From NCBI RefSeq assembly GCF_018977255.1, contig NW_024704743.1:89468001-89532000 (forward strand): a stretch of DNA of 64,000 nt. The letters are read 5' to 3'. Below are positions 1-13,725 of this stretch, piece by piece (within the stretch, counting starts at the first letter, position 1; the number at the start of each line of letters is the position of its first letter). A program made the position numbers and the translations under genes. The notes beneath the pieces were generated by a model. It had not been told where the DNA came from, searched no databases, and was given only the letters and a program-made list of their open reading frames with translations. Source of the DNA: Callorhinchus milii. Taxonomy: Eukaryota.

Positions 1-180
1 CTGCTTTTGTCTGGCCTTCTCTTGCTGAAGTGCTGTTCCACAGGCTACTGATAGTTATGTGCAAGCCATTGCAGTGAGTGTCAGCAGCCTACCTGACTAC
101 AGAGGGTGTCACAGCGAGCCTCACGTCTCTCTATCTGACTGTCGCACAACCAGTAATGGGTGATGCTTTGAGCGTGAGGA

Positions 181-287
181 CCAGGTGTCAGCCTAAACAA
201 TGAGCTTAAAGTCCAAATGTGGGTTTTGAACCCAGAACCTACTGACTCTGAGATGAGAGTGCTACTCAATGAGCTAGGCTGACACCA
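181..287 (-). mobile_element. SINE family B, 5' part
   Basis: Reverse complement of the family B head. Confidence 0.8.
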
Positions 288-583
288 TTTCTGATAAAGT
301 TGACCTATAACTGAAATGTTAACCTATTGTGCTTTTTGCTGGCTTGGTTAAGCATTAGACCAGGCTGGCAAGAAAAGTATAATCAGTTTGAAGCATTTAT
401 AATGATTTAAGTATTGCCCTTATTACTCTATAAAACCCTTGGAGAATCGTTGCTGTTTTTTCTCATTAATCCAAAGTGGTGTGCTATTTTTAAACTATTT
501 TTTAAGTAAAAGGTAAAAAATGAGTTATAGCAAATGCACTTAAGAGTATCTTATTTTACATATGCCCATGAGAGAATTGGCTC

Positions 584-657
584 TGCCAACATGTGCCAAT
601 TAACTCAATAGATTCATGACTCCACAAATTTATTGAGTTAATTGGCAAATGATGGCA
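584..657. repeat. 74-nt hairpin-forming inverted repeat
   Basis: Perfect 17-bp core tgccaattaactcaata / tattgagttaattggca, extendable to about 31 bp. Confidence 0.85.
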
Positions 658-2420
658 TATGTTAGAATTTATGCTCAGTTCATACTCACAGGAGCAAGTT
701 ATATTGCTTCCAGCGACAGAGCAATTGTACACACGTGCAGAGCCACGGCTGCATCTAGAATTTTAAATGATGCCATCCCCCCCACCAATGCTTCCCCTTA
801 CCCCCACTCCCAGCCCAAAAATAAAATATGCTCTAGAGTTCAAACAAAAGCAGCATTTAGGCTGGCATTTAATGTGGGGGACAGAGTTTACCTGGAATCA
901 GTTTCCATGGGAGCTTAAAGTTACTCAGCAGGAGGTTTGAACAGTGCCAAAGCTACGCGGGAAAATGAGTCTACATGAACCCAGAGGTTTCAAAGGAACA
1001 GTGAGTTGGAGTTTACCTGTGGGCCACATTCCAATGATCACTTTCCAAATTTAAACAAAGTTCCCCATTTCCTGCCAGAAATAAAGCGTGCTCAGAGTTA
1101 CCAGGAGCAGGTGTGCAACAGGGAGTACTTCGCATTACTACTCTCAGGCTCATGTACCTGAGAAATCCTATTTATCTGTGCACAGATTGGCAGCACTACT
1201 GGTAAATTGAGGTTACTGTTTTCTTCAAAGCTTTTCCCACGCAGGTGGGGAGGTGCACAGGGTCTGTGTCCCCTCTGCACAGAAATGTTAAGATTTGTGG
1301 ATATTCACTTAAATATTTAATTCAATATTTAACTACACCATGCTATTGTTTTTCCCAATGCTCAGAGTAACAAATTACTTCCTATGAGTCGAACACTGCT
1401 CTTGTTAGTTAGGGGATTTGGCCTCTACACTCATATTAATATCATATGACCCAATTTTTATAAAAATACAGTGCACTCCATATAATTGAATGGAGACAGA
1501 TGCCATGCAATTATAAAGAGTATGCAATTACCCGAAGTTCATTAGTGGTGCCACCTTCCTGGTGCTTTCCTTTAATAATATACTACAATAGCAAACAGAG
1601 CTTTACAACACTCTCTTAAAATCAGTGCTGTTTCACTTTAAGGGACTTTAAGAGGCTTAAAGTGAAACAGAGGTGATTCCTCCAGGAATACTGTATGTCC
1701 AACAGATTGGCAACCCTACTTACACGATCAACTCCAGCAATTATCCGACTAATTATACAGATATGAATGAAATCGACTGCCTAGCTTTCATTCAATTAAG
1801 TAAATTGTTCAATTATCCAATATGCATTTGAGTGTCTTGCAATACCACGCAAACAAATAGCACATTTTCGATACCTGGAAATTGGTATGCAAATCAATGG
1901 AGCATGAAATGATCTGATATGCAATTAAATTGAGTGTATTATGGGCAGGTCATTCTAGCTACAGGAACACAAATTAAAGTGTCAAAACTATCTCCTGAAG
2001 TTCTTCTCAGCAGCTGGGCTGCATCTAACTTTCTGATCATGTCTTTAAATGTTGATTTATGCATTGAAGTACTTGGCAATGGTTGTGATGGCAAAATAAC
2101 CATCTGTTTCTGAACAAACTATCTGTCTTTTTTTTTTTAAAATCCCAATGTTGTCTCCTGTAAGTGCAGATTCATGCTAGGCTACAGTTCCACAAGTGAT
2201 AGCCATCTCTCACCCAAGTAACCATTCTTCATTTCTGAGTTTAGGTTCTGGGTACCAGTATCAACGATAAAAATCAGGGTTAGGCACTTGGCTAATTTTT
2301 CCCAAACTTGGAGGTAACAAATGCCAATAAATGTTCTATTCTGATGATATATTTCATATTTAAAGTGCCCTTTATCATAATAATTCAAAAGTATGGATTT
2401 CTTTTGACTGGCCAATGATT

Positions 2421-2750
2421 GACAGACACATGCAGAAACCGATCACCATGCTTAACAGTATCAAAACCCACCTGAGAGTTCCACGTATGCTAGACATGGA
2501 AAGTTTCCTGTGTCTGAAATGAAATGCGCAATCTCTCCCTGAAGGCACACTACCTGCTTACCTAATCCCAGAGTGTATTAGGCGCAGATTGGCGAGACCC
2601 AAGGGGATGCCAGAGTATGTGTTGGGGTACTACTTGACATTTAATCTAAAACTGCAAAGCTTGCCTTTGAGAGCATTGTCTGGTAGGCATCCCGCTGTTT
2701 ATCCAGCTATGACCACCCTATCCATTAGGGCTTTAGCTCGCAGGGTTAAC
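2421..2750 (+). repeat. Unclassified dispersed repeat C, copy 1
   Basis: Shares ccatgcttaa, ctgcttacctaat, ccagagt.tgtgttg, tgtctgg..ccagcta with four other copies. Confidence 0.85.
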
Positions 2751-3698
2751 AGGAGGCAAATCAGAAGAATTATTGTTCCGAATGACTGCTCTGTCCTTGA
2801 ATTTCCACTGACAAGTCAGGCTCGCTGATCTGTCACCCATAGTGCCCTAGAGTATTGCGGACCCGCCCGGCTTGGAAAAAAAACCAGAGACCACCACAAA
2901 GTTTGACTTGATTCCAACATTCCTTGTGAAACACATCAGCTTGGAGCTAGTTCAGCTGCAAGGAAAATTCCCTCTGTGGAGGATAGGTACTTGTTATTTG
3001 ACATCTGTTCAAGCACAGGTATGAGAAGTTAGTAAAAATGGTTCAGATCAACTAGGTTATGTCTTATGTTTTCTGCCATTGTTGAGCTCTTGAGAAAATT
3101 GCATAATTTTGCACCACATGGGGAAAATTCCATGGCCAATATTATGCATCCAAGCACAGCTGTCAATATGAATGACACTTCAATGAAACTGATGCAAAAC
3201 ACACACCTTGAAAAATTAATTCTAATAAAGTCACACCATTTACAATATTATTTCATATCATTTGACACAAAATCACCATCTCACTGATAAGAAACATTTA
3301 CTGTTTCAAAAATATTTAAAATCATTGAACACTGATTTAATAGGAAAAGGTCTGCACTACTCACAGTATGCAATATATTTATACTTATTTCAGTGTAATA
3401 TTTACTCAAATATGATGAGCAATGCAGCTATTTATGTATTACTTAATCAGGATGATACATGTTCAGTGGTGCCCAACATAAAATGGTCCTGCTGCACAGT
3501 GTAATTATTTTAAACTAAAATATAATTCCAAAATAGCAATCTAGTCTATGGTCAAGTTTATAAGAAATAATTGACAGTATGCAATGAATTATTTGTTTTA
3601 AAGTGAAGAGAATGATGGACTGAAAAAATCACTGAGAAGTCAAAATTCTTCCGTAGTGGCTTGATAAACACATCAGTTAAAATTTTGTTTAAACATTT

Positions 3699-3918
3699 TG
3701 TTCAGGTGGATGTTAGATATCCCATGGCATGATTCAGAAACAGTAGGGGGTCTCTCATGGTGCCCTGGCCAACAATCCCCTCAAATAAAATCAGTCACTT
3801 ACTTCATTGGTTGTATATGGGACAATGTTGGGCCCAAATTGACTGTTGCACACGCCTACACAATACACAGTGAATGATACGATAAGGTGCCATACCAAAT
3901 GCAAGGAATAATATTATT
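3699..3918 (+). mobile_element. SINE family B, 3' part
   Basis: ttcaggtggatgtt..cccatggca..ctggccaacaatccc, then tail. Confidence 0.8.
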
Positions 3919-4551
3919 TGGATGGTGTGAGACTGTACAATTTAGACAAGGTGGTTTCTCAGTTCAATTTCACATTCTTTGATGAGTTAGCTGTGAACGA
4001 AAACTATGGTGGGACTACAACTGGCCTGGAAAGCAAGTAATTGGCCAGGGAACACACGCTGCTGAAGTAAATGATTTTGCCCAGGGTTATCTGGGATGCA
4101 GCTTAAGAAACACACTTAAAGGAGATGAAGAATGTACAATTCAGTTAAACATGAGTTATAATTTAATTAATTCTTTAATTCTCATGCGAGTGGGAACTCA
4201 TCTGCTCCTCGCATACGATGTAACAAATGTGTCGCTTTGGATTTAGGCGCTATTCTGCTCCATTGAGGAAGTTTCATGAGATGTGAATTGTACCTGCATG
4301 ATTATAACTTACCAGAATGAAAATTCAACATCTAAATAACATTGCATTGTAAATGCAAACATTAAGCTCCAAATTTAAAATTGCTGTGCACATATTTATG
4401 AGCACAGAAGGATAAATTCACAACATTTACGGAATGGAATTGAATTGCAATCAGGTGACAGGATCTCATTTGTTATGCTGAATACTAGGAGTAATATTAG
4501 GCTTTAGTGTAAGCAAATGAAAGATTGAAATAATCATCAAATCATTTATAC

Positions 4552-4688
4552 CAATATCTGAGATGGATCCATCTCAGGATCTGCTGTAGACTCAAAATCC
4601 AGAGAGTCATCAAGCATCTTCTTGTATGGAAGGGATTGTGGTCTGGCAGAGCCTTTCAGAATCACATGGAGGCCTTGGTTACCAAACA
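4552..4688 (-). CDS. CNBD1: CNBD1 coding exon 6 (VFGNQGLHVILKGSARPQSLPYKKML...), start of cNMP-binding-like fold
   Basis: ttttctgcag acceptor, TTG|gtataa donor, 137 nt, phase 1->0; aligns with human VANDGFYVILKGLARPQ. Confidence 0.9.
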
Positions 4689-7084
4689 CTGCAGAAAACA
4701 CAATTCAACAGGTTTGTAGAAATGATTTCACCATGTTACTGAACTTTATAATATAGCTCAACAATATTACACAGAAAGATAAACTGATTTACAAGCTCGA
4801 TCTAAGATATATATGATCAATGCAATTTCACTCAAAGGGGTGAAAAATGCAGCATTTCATAACAAATGCCATGTGATAAATCACATGGAATCTGTTAAGA
4901 AGCAACATATTTCACTTCAATATACTTTATATGGTTTTCAATAACCCACAATATTTTCTCAATATAACACTTTGTTCAAATGTTTATCAATTACAATTGT
5001 TAAGCACAATATAATAGGAAATAATCTAGGAGAGCCTGTTATTAATTTATGTATTTTCATCTCTCACTATGGAGGATATTTACTATTTTCCTCTTTAAAG
5101 TTGCCGAGTTTACAATGATGGGGTGAAAACTGCAATTAACACATGGTTGACTAATTCTGTCAGTGAGGTCAACTGGGAACTAAGACTGGCTAGGAGTGTA
5201 ACATTTTCCAACCCCATATCCTCCCAATTCGATCAGGATGATTCATCCCAGAGGCAATCCATGCCGCCAACCAAGCATGAAAGTGCCATTGGTTGGGATC
5301 CTGTCTTTACTCTGATTATCTGTTGATAAAGATGGTATTGACATATCACAAGGCCTAATTTTCACCCCAGGTTTTTCTCAACATTAAGAAGCTAACTTTT
5401 TAAAATAATATTTTCTCTGCAGCATCAGAACCCACAATTACTGTACTGTAATTGTAGAACCCAGGGATAAAATGCACAGATTAGCAGCATCGTACAGAAG
5501 AGAAAGCACACACAGAGGCATATACAAAGCCACACACACACACACAATTGGCTTATTTTGTGGAAAATATTACTATTTTCAGGATCTTATCAAGAACATC
5601 AAATGTTTTAAACTGATTGTCTGCTGCTGAGCTCTTTTACCTAAGAATAATATGTTTTAAGACAAATGTGAGGCAACATAGCTTTAAACTACAGCAAATG
5701 TCATACTTCTGGAAAACCGATTGTCAACGTGCCCCCAGAAACATCCCAGATTTATCTTCAGTAATCCAGAGCACCAAACTACCTGCCATTGTTGCAAATA
5801 GAACAAAAACACCTTGAAATCATATTAAAATTCAGATTTAAGTATGGAGTCACTTCCATGAGGTGGATTGAACACCAATATGTAGTGGTGTCGAGTGGTT
5901 TGACATTCGGGTTAATTGCCTCCAATGCTGCCATCTCCGCCCTGTTGAAGGAGACCGTTTAAAAATCCGCCCAATTGACTATATAATGCAGTGGAGACTA
6001 ATAACAATTAGCTTGACATTTTTTTTGAATAAAACCAAAACAAATGCAGAATCAGATTTGAATGTGTTTATTTCTAGTTTACTGATTCCTTCTACAATTA
6101 TTGGAATAGATCTGAAAAACTGATATTGAGACGTCTCAAAGACGTGATAATCAAATGCAAGGATTCTTATTATTATTTGAAAAATTCTGTCCAGGCAATA
6201 CCTACTAACAGCATAACTGTATCCATCGTATTGTATTTAGCTCTATCTAATTCTGTGTGTATGTTGCAGTTCAGAGATTCGGAAAACGTTTTAGGCTTTT
6301 GAACCCTTGGATTATAGGGTGACAGATTGATTGATGACAGAGGTACAGCTGGGTTGTGTAAATGTAAATAAAAAGAGGCAGTCAATCTATCCCATACCCT
6401 CACATCCAACTTTCTCCATGATCAGCATTACTCTTAGCATGTTAAGCATGCTATCTCCTTTGGTCTTAAATGAGTGCTACACTGTGAACGTTAAGCAAAT
6501 TTAGTTTGAAAATTGACGTTAGCATTCCAACCCTGCAATATCAGCACATTTGGGTGCTATTGTATTAATTTTTCCTTCCACTCTATGGATCTAGAAATGT
6601 GATGTGATGGCCGCAGCCCAAACATACTAAGTTTAATTCCTCCCCACTTTTTGCCCTGGCTGAGGAGCAGAAACAGAAAGGTACACATTACACTTCTGCC
6701 GCTACAAGACTTGTTATTCTTCATAGGCCTCAGAGCTGTGAAGATCTGGAGCACTTTACTGGTAGTGTGACAGCTACATTACATTGCAATTATTCTTTTC
6801 TTCATCGCAATCACACAAGAAAAATAATATTGGGTGAGGGGAGCCCATTTGTTATCTCTGCAACTTTTATTAATGACGGCATGAGGAGTAAACAGGATGC
6901 CCAGTATTTCCACCACTATCCTATGGATCTTGGGACTATGGAGTAAGAACGTGGAATAAAATAACAATAAAAATTTACATTCATGTTGGCAGGATGTCCC
7001 AAAAGGCAAAACCATAATAATTGTCATAGATCCTAAAACTATTAGAAATTGCAAATTTCAAAAGCAAAATGCAAAAGAAAATAC

Positions 7085-7230
7085 CTACGAATCCTTTCTC
7101 CCATATTTCCAGGCTCACAGTTGAACTTATTGATTTCAACTCCTCGTCTGAAAGCTGCAAAACAATGTCTGGGAATATCTTCAGTAATCTACAAACTGCC
7201 TGGCGTTCAGCATATGTTCTTTCAATAGAG
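7085..7230 (-). CDS. CNBD1: CNBD1 coding exon 5 (SIERTYAERQAVCRLLKIFPDIVLQLSDEELKSISSTVSLEIWEKGFV)
   Basis: tttcttgcag acceptor, G|gtattt donor, 146 nt, phase 2->1; aligns with human RTPYEHKTVWKFLKTIPDLTFQLNDKHLKTLSKTVFSETWLKGST. Confidence 0.92.
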
Positions 7231-10200
7231 CTGCAAGAAAAATTGAAAACCTTGGGTAAGGACAATAATCAGATCAGTCAGCTATTTTCATGTAGATAAG
7301 ACCTTTGCTTATCTCCATCATCCAGAGATTGCAGAAAATGCTACTTTCACCTTCTTATGGCAAAAAGCAAAATACACATTTTATTCTTGGATTTAATGCA
7401 TCAGTGTCTAATCAATTATAGTGATTGCAAGATTCCATTGTTTTTTCTTCAGGACAGGTTCAGTTTCAGGGTAAACAATTACTGATACAAATACAAATGT
7501 CTGAACAATTGTCTGAATAATACTATGTCCTGACTCTGTAGACTCATAAAAGTCATAATATATTCATTGAGAAGCTATTTGATCGTAAGAATGCTGAATG
7601 TATTCCTAATTCAATCGGTTTCACAAGCTATTGATTGCTTTAAAGGTCATTTAAATGCCTCTCTACATGGATTTGGTCAGTCATCAAAGGAATATGTTCA
7701 TTTTGATCAGATATCTCCAATTTAGGAATCCTTTTACTTCAATGCAAACACGAGTTAAATCCTGATAAATTATCAGCATCCAAATAAATATGCACACCAT
7801 ACTCTGTAATATGGTCCACTATAGGCTAACATTCAACTTGGATTAGAGCTAATTTACTGCCTAATGTATCAATGTAATTCCCAGCTGTTGCGTCCACTGT
7901 TTTTTATTTCCAGCACAGAAAAAATTAGGTCATGTGCTTCAAGACATTATACAGATGTTCATCGGACTTCAAATTCAATATCAGGAAGTGGGAGATTTTT
8001 CCTCTAACCTAATATTTGAGTAAATATTCTGCACCACCAGAAATGCTGGGATGCAAAATGAAATCCTTCATAACAGATTTGATGTGATAATTTTTCATTT
8101 CACAATTGTCCCCTAAGATAGCTATTACAGTAGACTTCACTTTTTTTAAAATGCAGAGAAGCAAAGAAATTTCATCTCAGAAAGCCATTTGGTGGCCTAT
8201 CTCATCTGTGCCACTCTGATCCCATTTCCCTGTTTTTATATGATTCACAGGGTTAAGAGCATATAAACACATCCACATCTCAATGTTGTGCTAGATAAGC
8301 TGGTTAACCATCAACATTGCCTTCGATTTTTCTTTGACATGTCTGACTCCACAAACTATGTTAAGCTTTTCCGAACTTGAAAGGGTTGAGGGGTCGCATT
8401 GTGATTCAAGCTCCAAAATGTCAGGGACTGAATCCATTGTTCAACCAATAGAGATACATGGACCTTAACATATTTCAGATTAATTTTATAAATTTCTAAA
8501 AGTATTTATTAATGAACAAGGTACATATTATGTAAATTGTCTTTACATTTTTGATATTAAGTTTGTTTGTTTTTAATTGTCTACTTATTTTATTTTGGCC
8601 ATTTTTTCCATTTGCTGAGTCTTTACACATTTGCTGCTTATTATTTGCTAAACTCGCATATAATTGAGTACTCATCTCACTCTTGTTTGTGGAACATTCT
8701 TGGTGCATATCAGCACCAAGAATATACTCCATGTACAAGATTTCTTGTAAAGCATTTTCAGACGTTTTCCCGACGTGAAAGGCATTATATCAAATGTAAA
8801 GGTTAATAGTATTATCATATTATTTTTTCTTATCTTACTGGCATTTTGCCCATGTTGGTGGGGTGTGTATAGAGAAACCGAGTGTGAGGAGAGGCCGGGC
8901 CTCAGAGAGAAAGAGATAGAGAGAAGAGGGAAAGAATAATTTGATCTGTTCTCTCTGATTGAAATATCAGTCGCTAACCAGTCCGGGGACAAGAGCCTAT
9001 ACCTCCTGATAAGAGTGTGAATATGATATGTTCTAGAAAGATGTTGGTACACTTGGACATTAAGCTCCAAAAGGGGGTGCCACACAAATATGTTTGAAAA
9101 CTGCTGATCTAATCAGAAGGAATTGAATATGACTGAATCTCTAGATTCTTGCTACTCTCACAGGTGTCAACATGCTTCCTGTTCAAGTACTACAAGTGGC
9201 AACGTTGACAATTGTTTCATTTTAGAAAACAAAGAAGAAGGATAAAGTCATTTCCTCTTAAGACCACAGTCTTAATGTTACTCAGTAATGTATTATGCCG
9301 TGGTCAAATATGGAAGTATCACAGAAATAAATCAGCTAAGTTTATCACAGGAGCACTCACTGCGTTGTTTAGGATTTTTTGTATGACAGAATGAGCTTTC
9401 ATAGATAAATTAAATGAAGCCCTGACATGGTCTGATGGGAGTATCATTTATGATGCCAATTACACTGAAAAGAATCTACAGAGCTGTTCAGATCATATGT
9501 CAACTCAAACACTGTTAAAGCCCAGCTGTCAGAGAATTAATCCTTGTTTATGTACAACCAACTACCCTGGTACATTGAAGGCTTATCACTCGGTGATTTG
9601 TTTACTTAAAAAAAACTTATGACATCAAACAGTACTTGTTTGTTGAGAAACATCACCCTGCCAACTTTAATAAATCATCAATAGATGTGAATAAAGCCAT
9701 ATAGAAGCAATGACAGAAGAGTCATGAAAGAAGACATTCAGTAACAATTCTTGGCTTCACTTAATCGCACCACTGCTTTCAATGGTGTCTGTGTACCCAC
9801 TGCTTCCGAAGACAGGCCTGTCAGGTTTCCATACCTGGACGCTAGCAGATTGGAAAACAATTACTGGGTGGCTTGCTGGTAATATCCACGAGACAAACAG
9901 AAGAAAGTTAATTTATGCTAGTTTTCAAGAACTACTTTTTTTTGACCAAGGTACTCCAAGGTCATTTTAATGAAAAAGCTCCTGTGGACAATAGATCATT
10001 GGATAGGAGGAGGGGAAGTTAATAACTATTGTTTCTTTTTTTACCTGCATTTTTGATCAAGTGATAATATCATTGGTGATATTTACCACCTCATATTATT
10101 CCTCCAGTGTTTAATTGATAATTGTTATATCAAATCAGTTAAGAAACATTGCAATTTTTAACCAATCTCTTATTTAGCAATACATCATCAATAATAAAAG

Positions 10201-11719
10201 AGCCCACTTTACAAAATAATGTCATTTCTTCCCACACATGAACAAACATATTGTGCTTATACATTCAGCAGATTGCAATAAAATAGTTCTACGAAAATAT
10301 TACTGTTCGGAAGTGTTTACATAGACATTCTTAAAACTTTTATGGATTAAAATGATTGATACTGTGGTCAGTGCCTTAGCTTGTACATGTCTGTGAATGT
10401 GCTTATGGATTTATATCACTCTTATTATAATGTGGTCAGCATTTGTCTGTGAGTGTGTGTGCACCTATGTATGTATATGTGCAGGAAGAAGAATGTGGAC
10501 AGAGAGTAAAAAAAATCAAACAATCTCAAAGTCCCTCAAATCAAGTAATTAATGTCAAGTGTAGGAAATCCCAAATCAGAACTCCAAAATAAACTCCAAA
10601 CGGAGGCTTGCAACCATTGCTTGCGGCCCATTCCATAAAAATGACCATATAAAAATGACCTGTGTTTTTTTTAAGACAAACTGGCAAGTAGTCAGCTGAT
10701 CGAGAGAAGCTGGCTTTGGAGAAATAGGAAACCTATTTCATACACCTACAAGCATGCTGAGAAATGTGAAGGGCACTATATAAATGCTAGTTGTTGTTGT
10801 TGATGATGCAGGAACGGGTACAAGTTAGGGTTAGGGTTAACCTAACAGATAACCTAACAGATATCCGCAACAGATAAGCGGTTATTTCACCTACAAGTAC
10901 ACAGTAATGTCTTTTTCTTTTCAGTAAAATCCTCTAAAGCATTTTGAGATGTTTCGACAATCTGATAAGCCCCTTCATCAAATGCAAGGATTAAATGCAA
11001 GGAATTAGTAGTTATTATTTTATTAGTAGTAATTCTTAAAGCTTTCCTTGCACTTTGCATATAAAGAACCCAATAGCAACTGATGAAACACAAGAATTAA
11101 GACAGGCCGATCTGATTGATGGCAGCCCTCAAACTCTTCACCTTCTGGTGAGACATACTTGATTCCTGTTCAATCGCACACTAGTTGCCTATTTTTGTAT
11201 TTGCTTTGTGTCACTCTGACCCTGCTCGAGTGCAGTCCAGAGTCCATGAATTGATTTATTAATTTATCTTTCCTTTAAATAAGCATGGTGCAACCAGGGT
11301 TTTCCTGAAGAACTTTGGTATTCCCATGAGCCTCTGACCTTTTGACACTGACCTAGTTTACATGCCATGAAGGAAAATTGTAATGTGAAGGATGTATGTT
11401 GCTTACACTTACACTAATGCTTCTAATGGCAAGGAAGAGGTAAATTGTGGGACAGGAAGTCTTGACGCAGGCAGAAAGGAAGTCAACTGATTGTTTCCCT
11501 GTAAGAGGAAACACTAAATACTACTGCCATGTCTGCATTTTTCCAATGGAACTTCTTGAGCCAACCTATAGATCACAGGATTTTCAAAGGTTTAAAAATC
11601 TGCAGGAAAGGGTCATATTTTTACTCTTGTTATGTGTTGAACGGAAGTAATTTTTTCATGATGTTCATTTGTTTTAATATTTATTGTTTCGGCATTCCTT
11701 GGTTGAATAAAGGATCATG

Positions 11720-12035
11720 ACCCACATTTTATTACTCCCACTCCACACAGCCGCCCGGCTGGCTCCAGCCTTCTGCTGGTCCCTCATCTCCTCCGCTCCA
11801 CCAGCAGCGGCCATGCTTTCAGCCAGTTACACCCCAAATCTTTGGAAAACTCTCCCTCAATCCTTCCGCTTCCCACCTCGTTCCGCATTTTCAGATCACA
11901 CCTGAAGACCTTCCTCTTCAACCATGCTTACGGTCACCTCCACCCTCCTTCTGGCTCAGCGCCACTCCAAACTGTTAAGCACTGCGAGACACTATCCCAG
12001 ATGAAGGGGCCTATACAAACGTAACTTGTTGTTGT
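11720..12035 (+). mobile_element. L2 3' end
   Basis: LW..LPQS.R and FRSHLKTFLF remnants; tail ending (GTT)n. Confidence 0.85.
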
Positions 12036-13274
12036 TTATGAGATTACTGATGTTTTCTGAGTGCCAGTAAAGTATCACTCACTTAAGATGAAAAAATAAA
12101 AGATTTTGACACCTTCTGGTCAAAAAATAATTAAATTCAGAGATATGAATTTCCCTAGGACTTGGAAACAAATTCTGCTAACTGTAAGTAAATCCATACA
12201 CCTCCAGTTCAGAGGTCCCTCCACTTCATTCTCTTGTTTCCCATCTATAATGCCCGTTTTAAGACCTTTATTTTCAACAGGGTTTTTGGTCACCCTCCCA
12301 ATCACCATCTTCCTCAGTTCCCTCCACCCCCACCACCAGTAAGGACTCCCAGTTGGCTTTGTGAAACACTACGCATTGGAGTTGAAATCAGAAGGTTTGG
12401 GGTTTACGTTCATGTGGATTATTTTATCTTTTGAGCCTGATAACAGAAACAGTTCTATCTAATTAGCTCTGGGATGCTTCCTAATGCGCTCTGGGATGCT
12501 ACCCTGTGTGAGGGGCGCAATATAAATGCAAGTTGTTGTTGTAATTCACCGATAACATGTTGCTATTTGTTTTCTGCTTCCAACAGGCAGAAATTAAGAG
12601 TAAACAGAGAATCAAGCAAAACTATTTTACACAAAGGTATAACACATGAAATAAAGATATTTAGAAAATAGTGTAAATTAGGTAACATGCTAAGGATTTT
12701 GGAAAGAAATAAGTTTGAGAGAGGTGGAAAGGTGAGTTGAAATTAATTAAAAATATAGCCACTACACTTTACAATATAATCTGTGAAGGGTTTTGAGATA
12801 TCTCAACAATGTGATAAGGTGCTATATCAAATGCAAGAAATATTATTATTAATCGACCTTTCATATTTCCATTCTTACAAAACTAACTATAGATATGTGT
12901 CAGTGACATAGAGGATGTATTGAGAATTCAAGCTCTGCCAGGTACTGTGGTATCTACCACAAAACAAATTGTATGAACAAATTTGGAACTATAATATATT
13001 CAGTGTGCTGTCAACCTTCATTTCTCTTTCCTCTGTGGCAATTTTCAAATTGATTATTACATACATCAGTCCAAATACCACATCATTGTTGTGATAATGC
13101 AACTTTACTATATGTAAAGCTCATGATAATTTTACCATCTGTTTTTCTTTTGCTCATCACAATATCCATAAGCAAGACAAAAGCAGTAGCTTAACTACTG
13201 GTTAAGAAGGTTAAGAAGACCTTTAAACCTTGACAAATAAGGTTATGTTATTTTTTGATTAATGGTGTTACATA

Positions 13275-13725
13275 ACATAAGAAATGCTAGACGAAAAAAG
13301 AGCAAGATCCATCTTGTTCACCTTCCATCTTCCTGGTGGTCGCATGCACATATGTCCCAAACTACCTATGTACTATATCCCATAATGTTATTTCCTAAAA
13401 GAAAACTATCTAATCTGTGTTTGAAAGAATCAACACTTCCTGCTTCAATCGTCTCCCTAGGGAGCCTGTTCCACAGGCTCAGTGAAGTCGTGTTTGCATA
13501 GATTTGTTCTGAATTTATCCCCCTTCAATCGTAGGCCATGTCCTCTAGTTCTACTATTCTGGACAAGTTGAAGCAGCCTGTCATGATCTATATTGTTTCG
13601 CCCCTTTAGAATCTTAAAGACAGCAATCATGTTGCCTCTCAAACTTCTCTTTTCCAGCATGAACATGCCTTATTTACTTAGTTGCTCCTCATAGTCCAGT
13701 CCTTCTATTCCCTCAATCATTTTGG
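13275..13725 (-). mobile_element. CR1 LINE 3' fragment
   Basis: LEKRSLRGNMIAVFKILKG...RTRGHGLRL ORF2 C-terminus; tcttatgttatg-type tail. Confidence 0.9.

Noticed and set aside
6981..7031. Possible small CNBD1 exon just after exon 5
   Set aside because: It would need an intron of only about 50 nt, and exon 5 already joins exon 6 in phase and collinear with the human protein.
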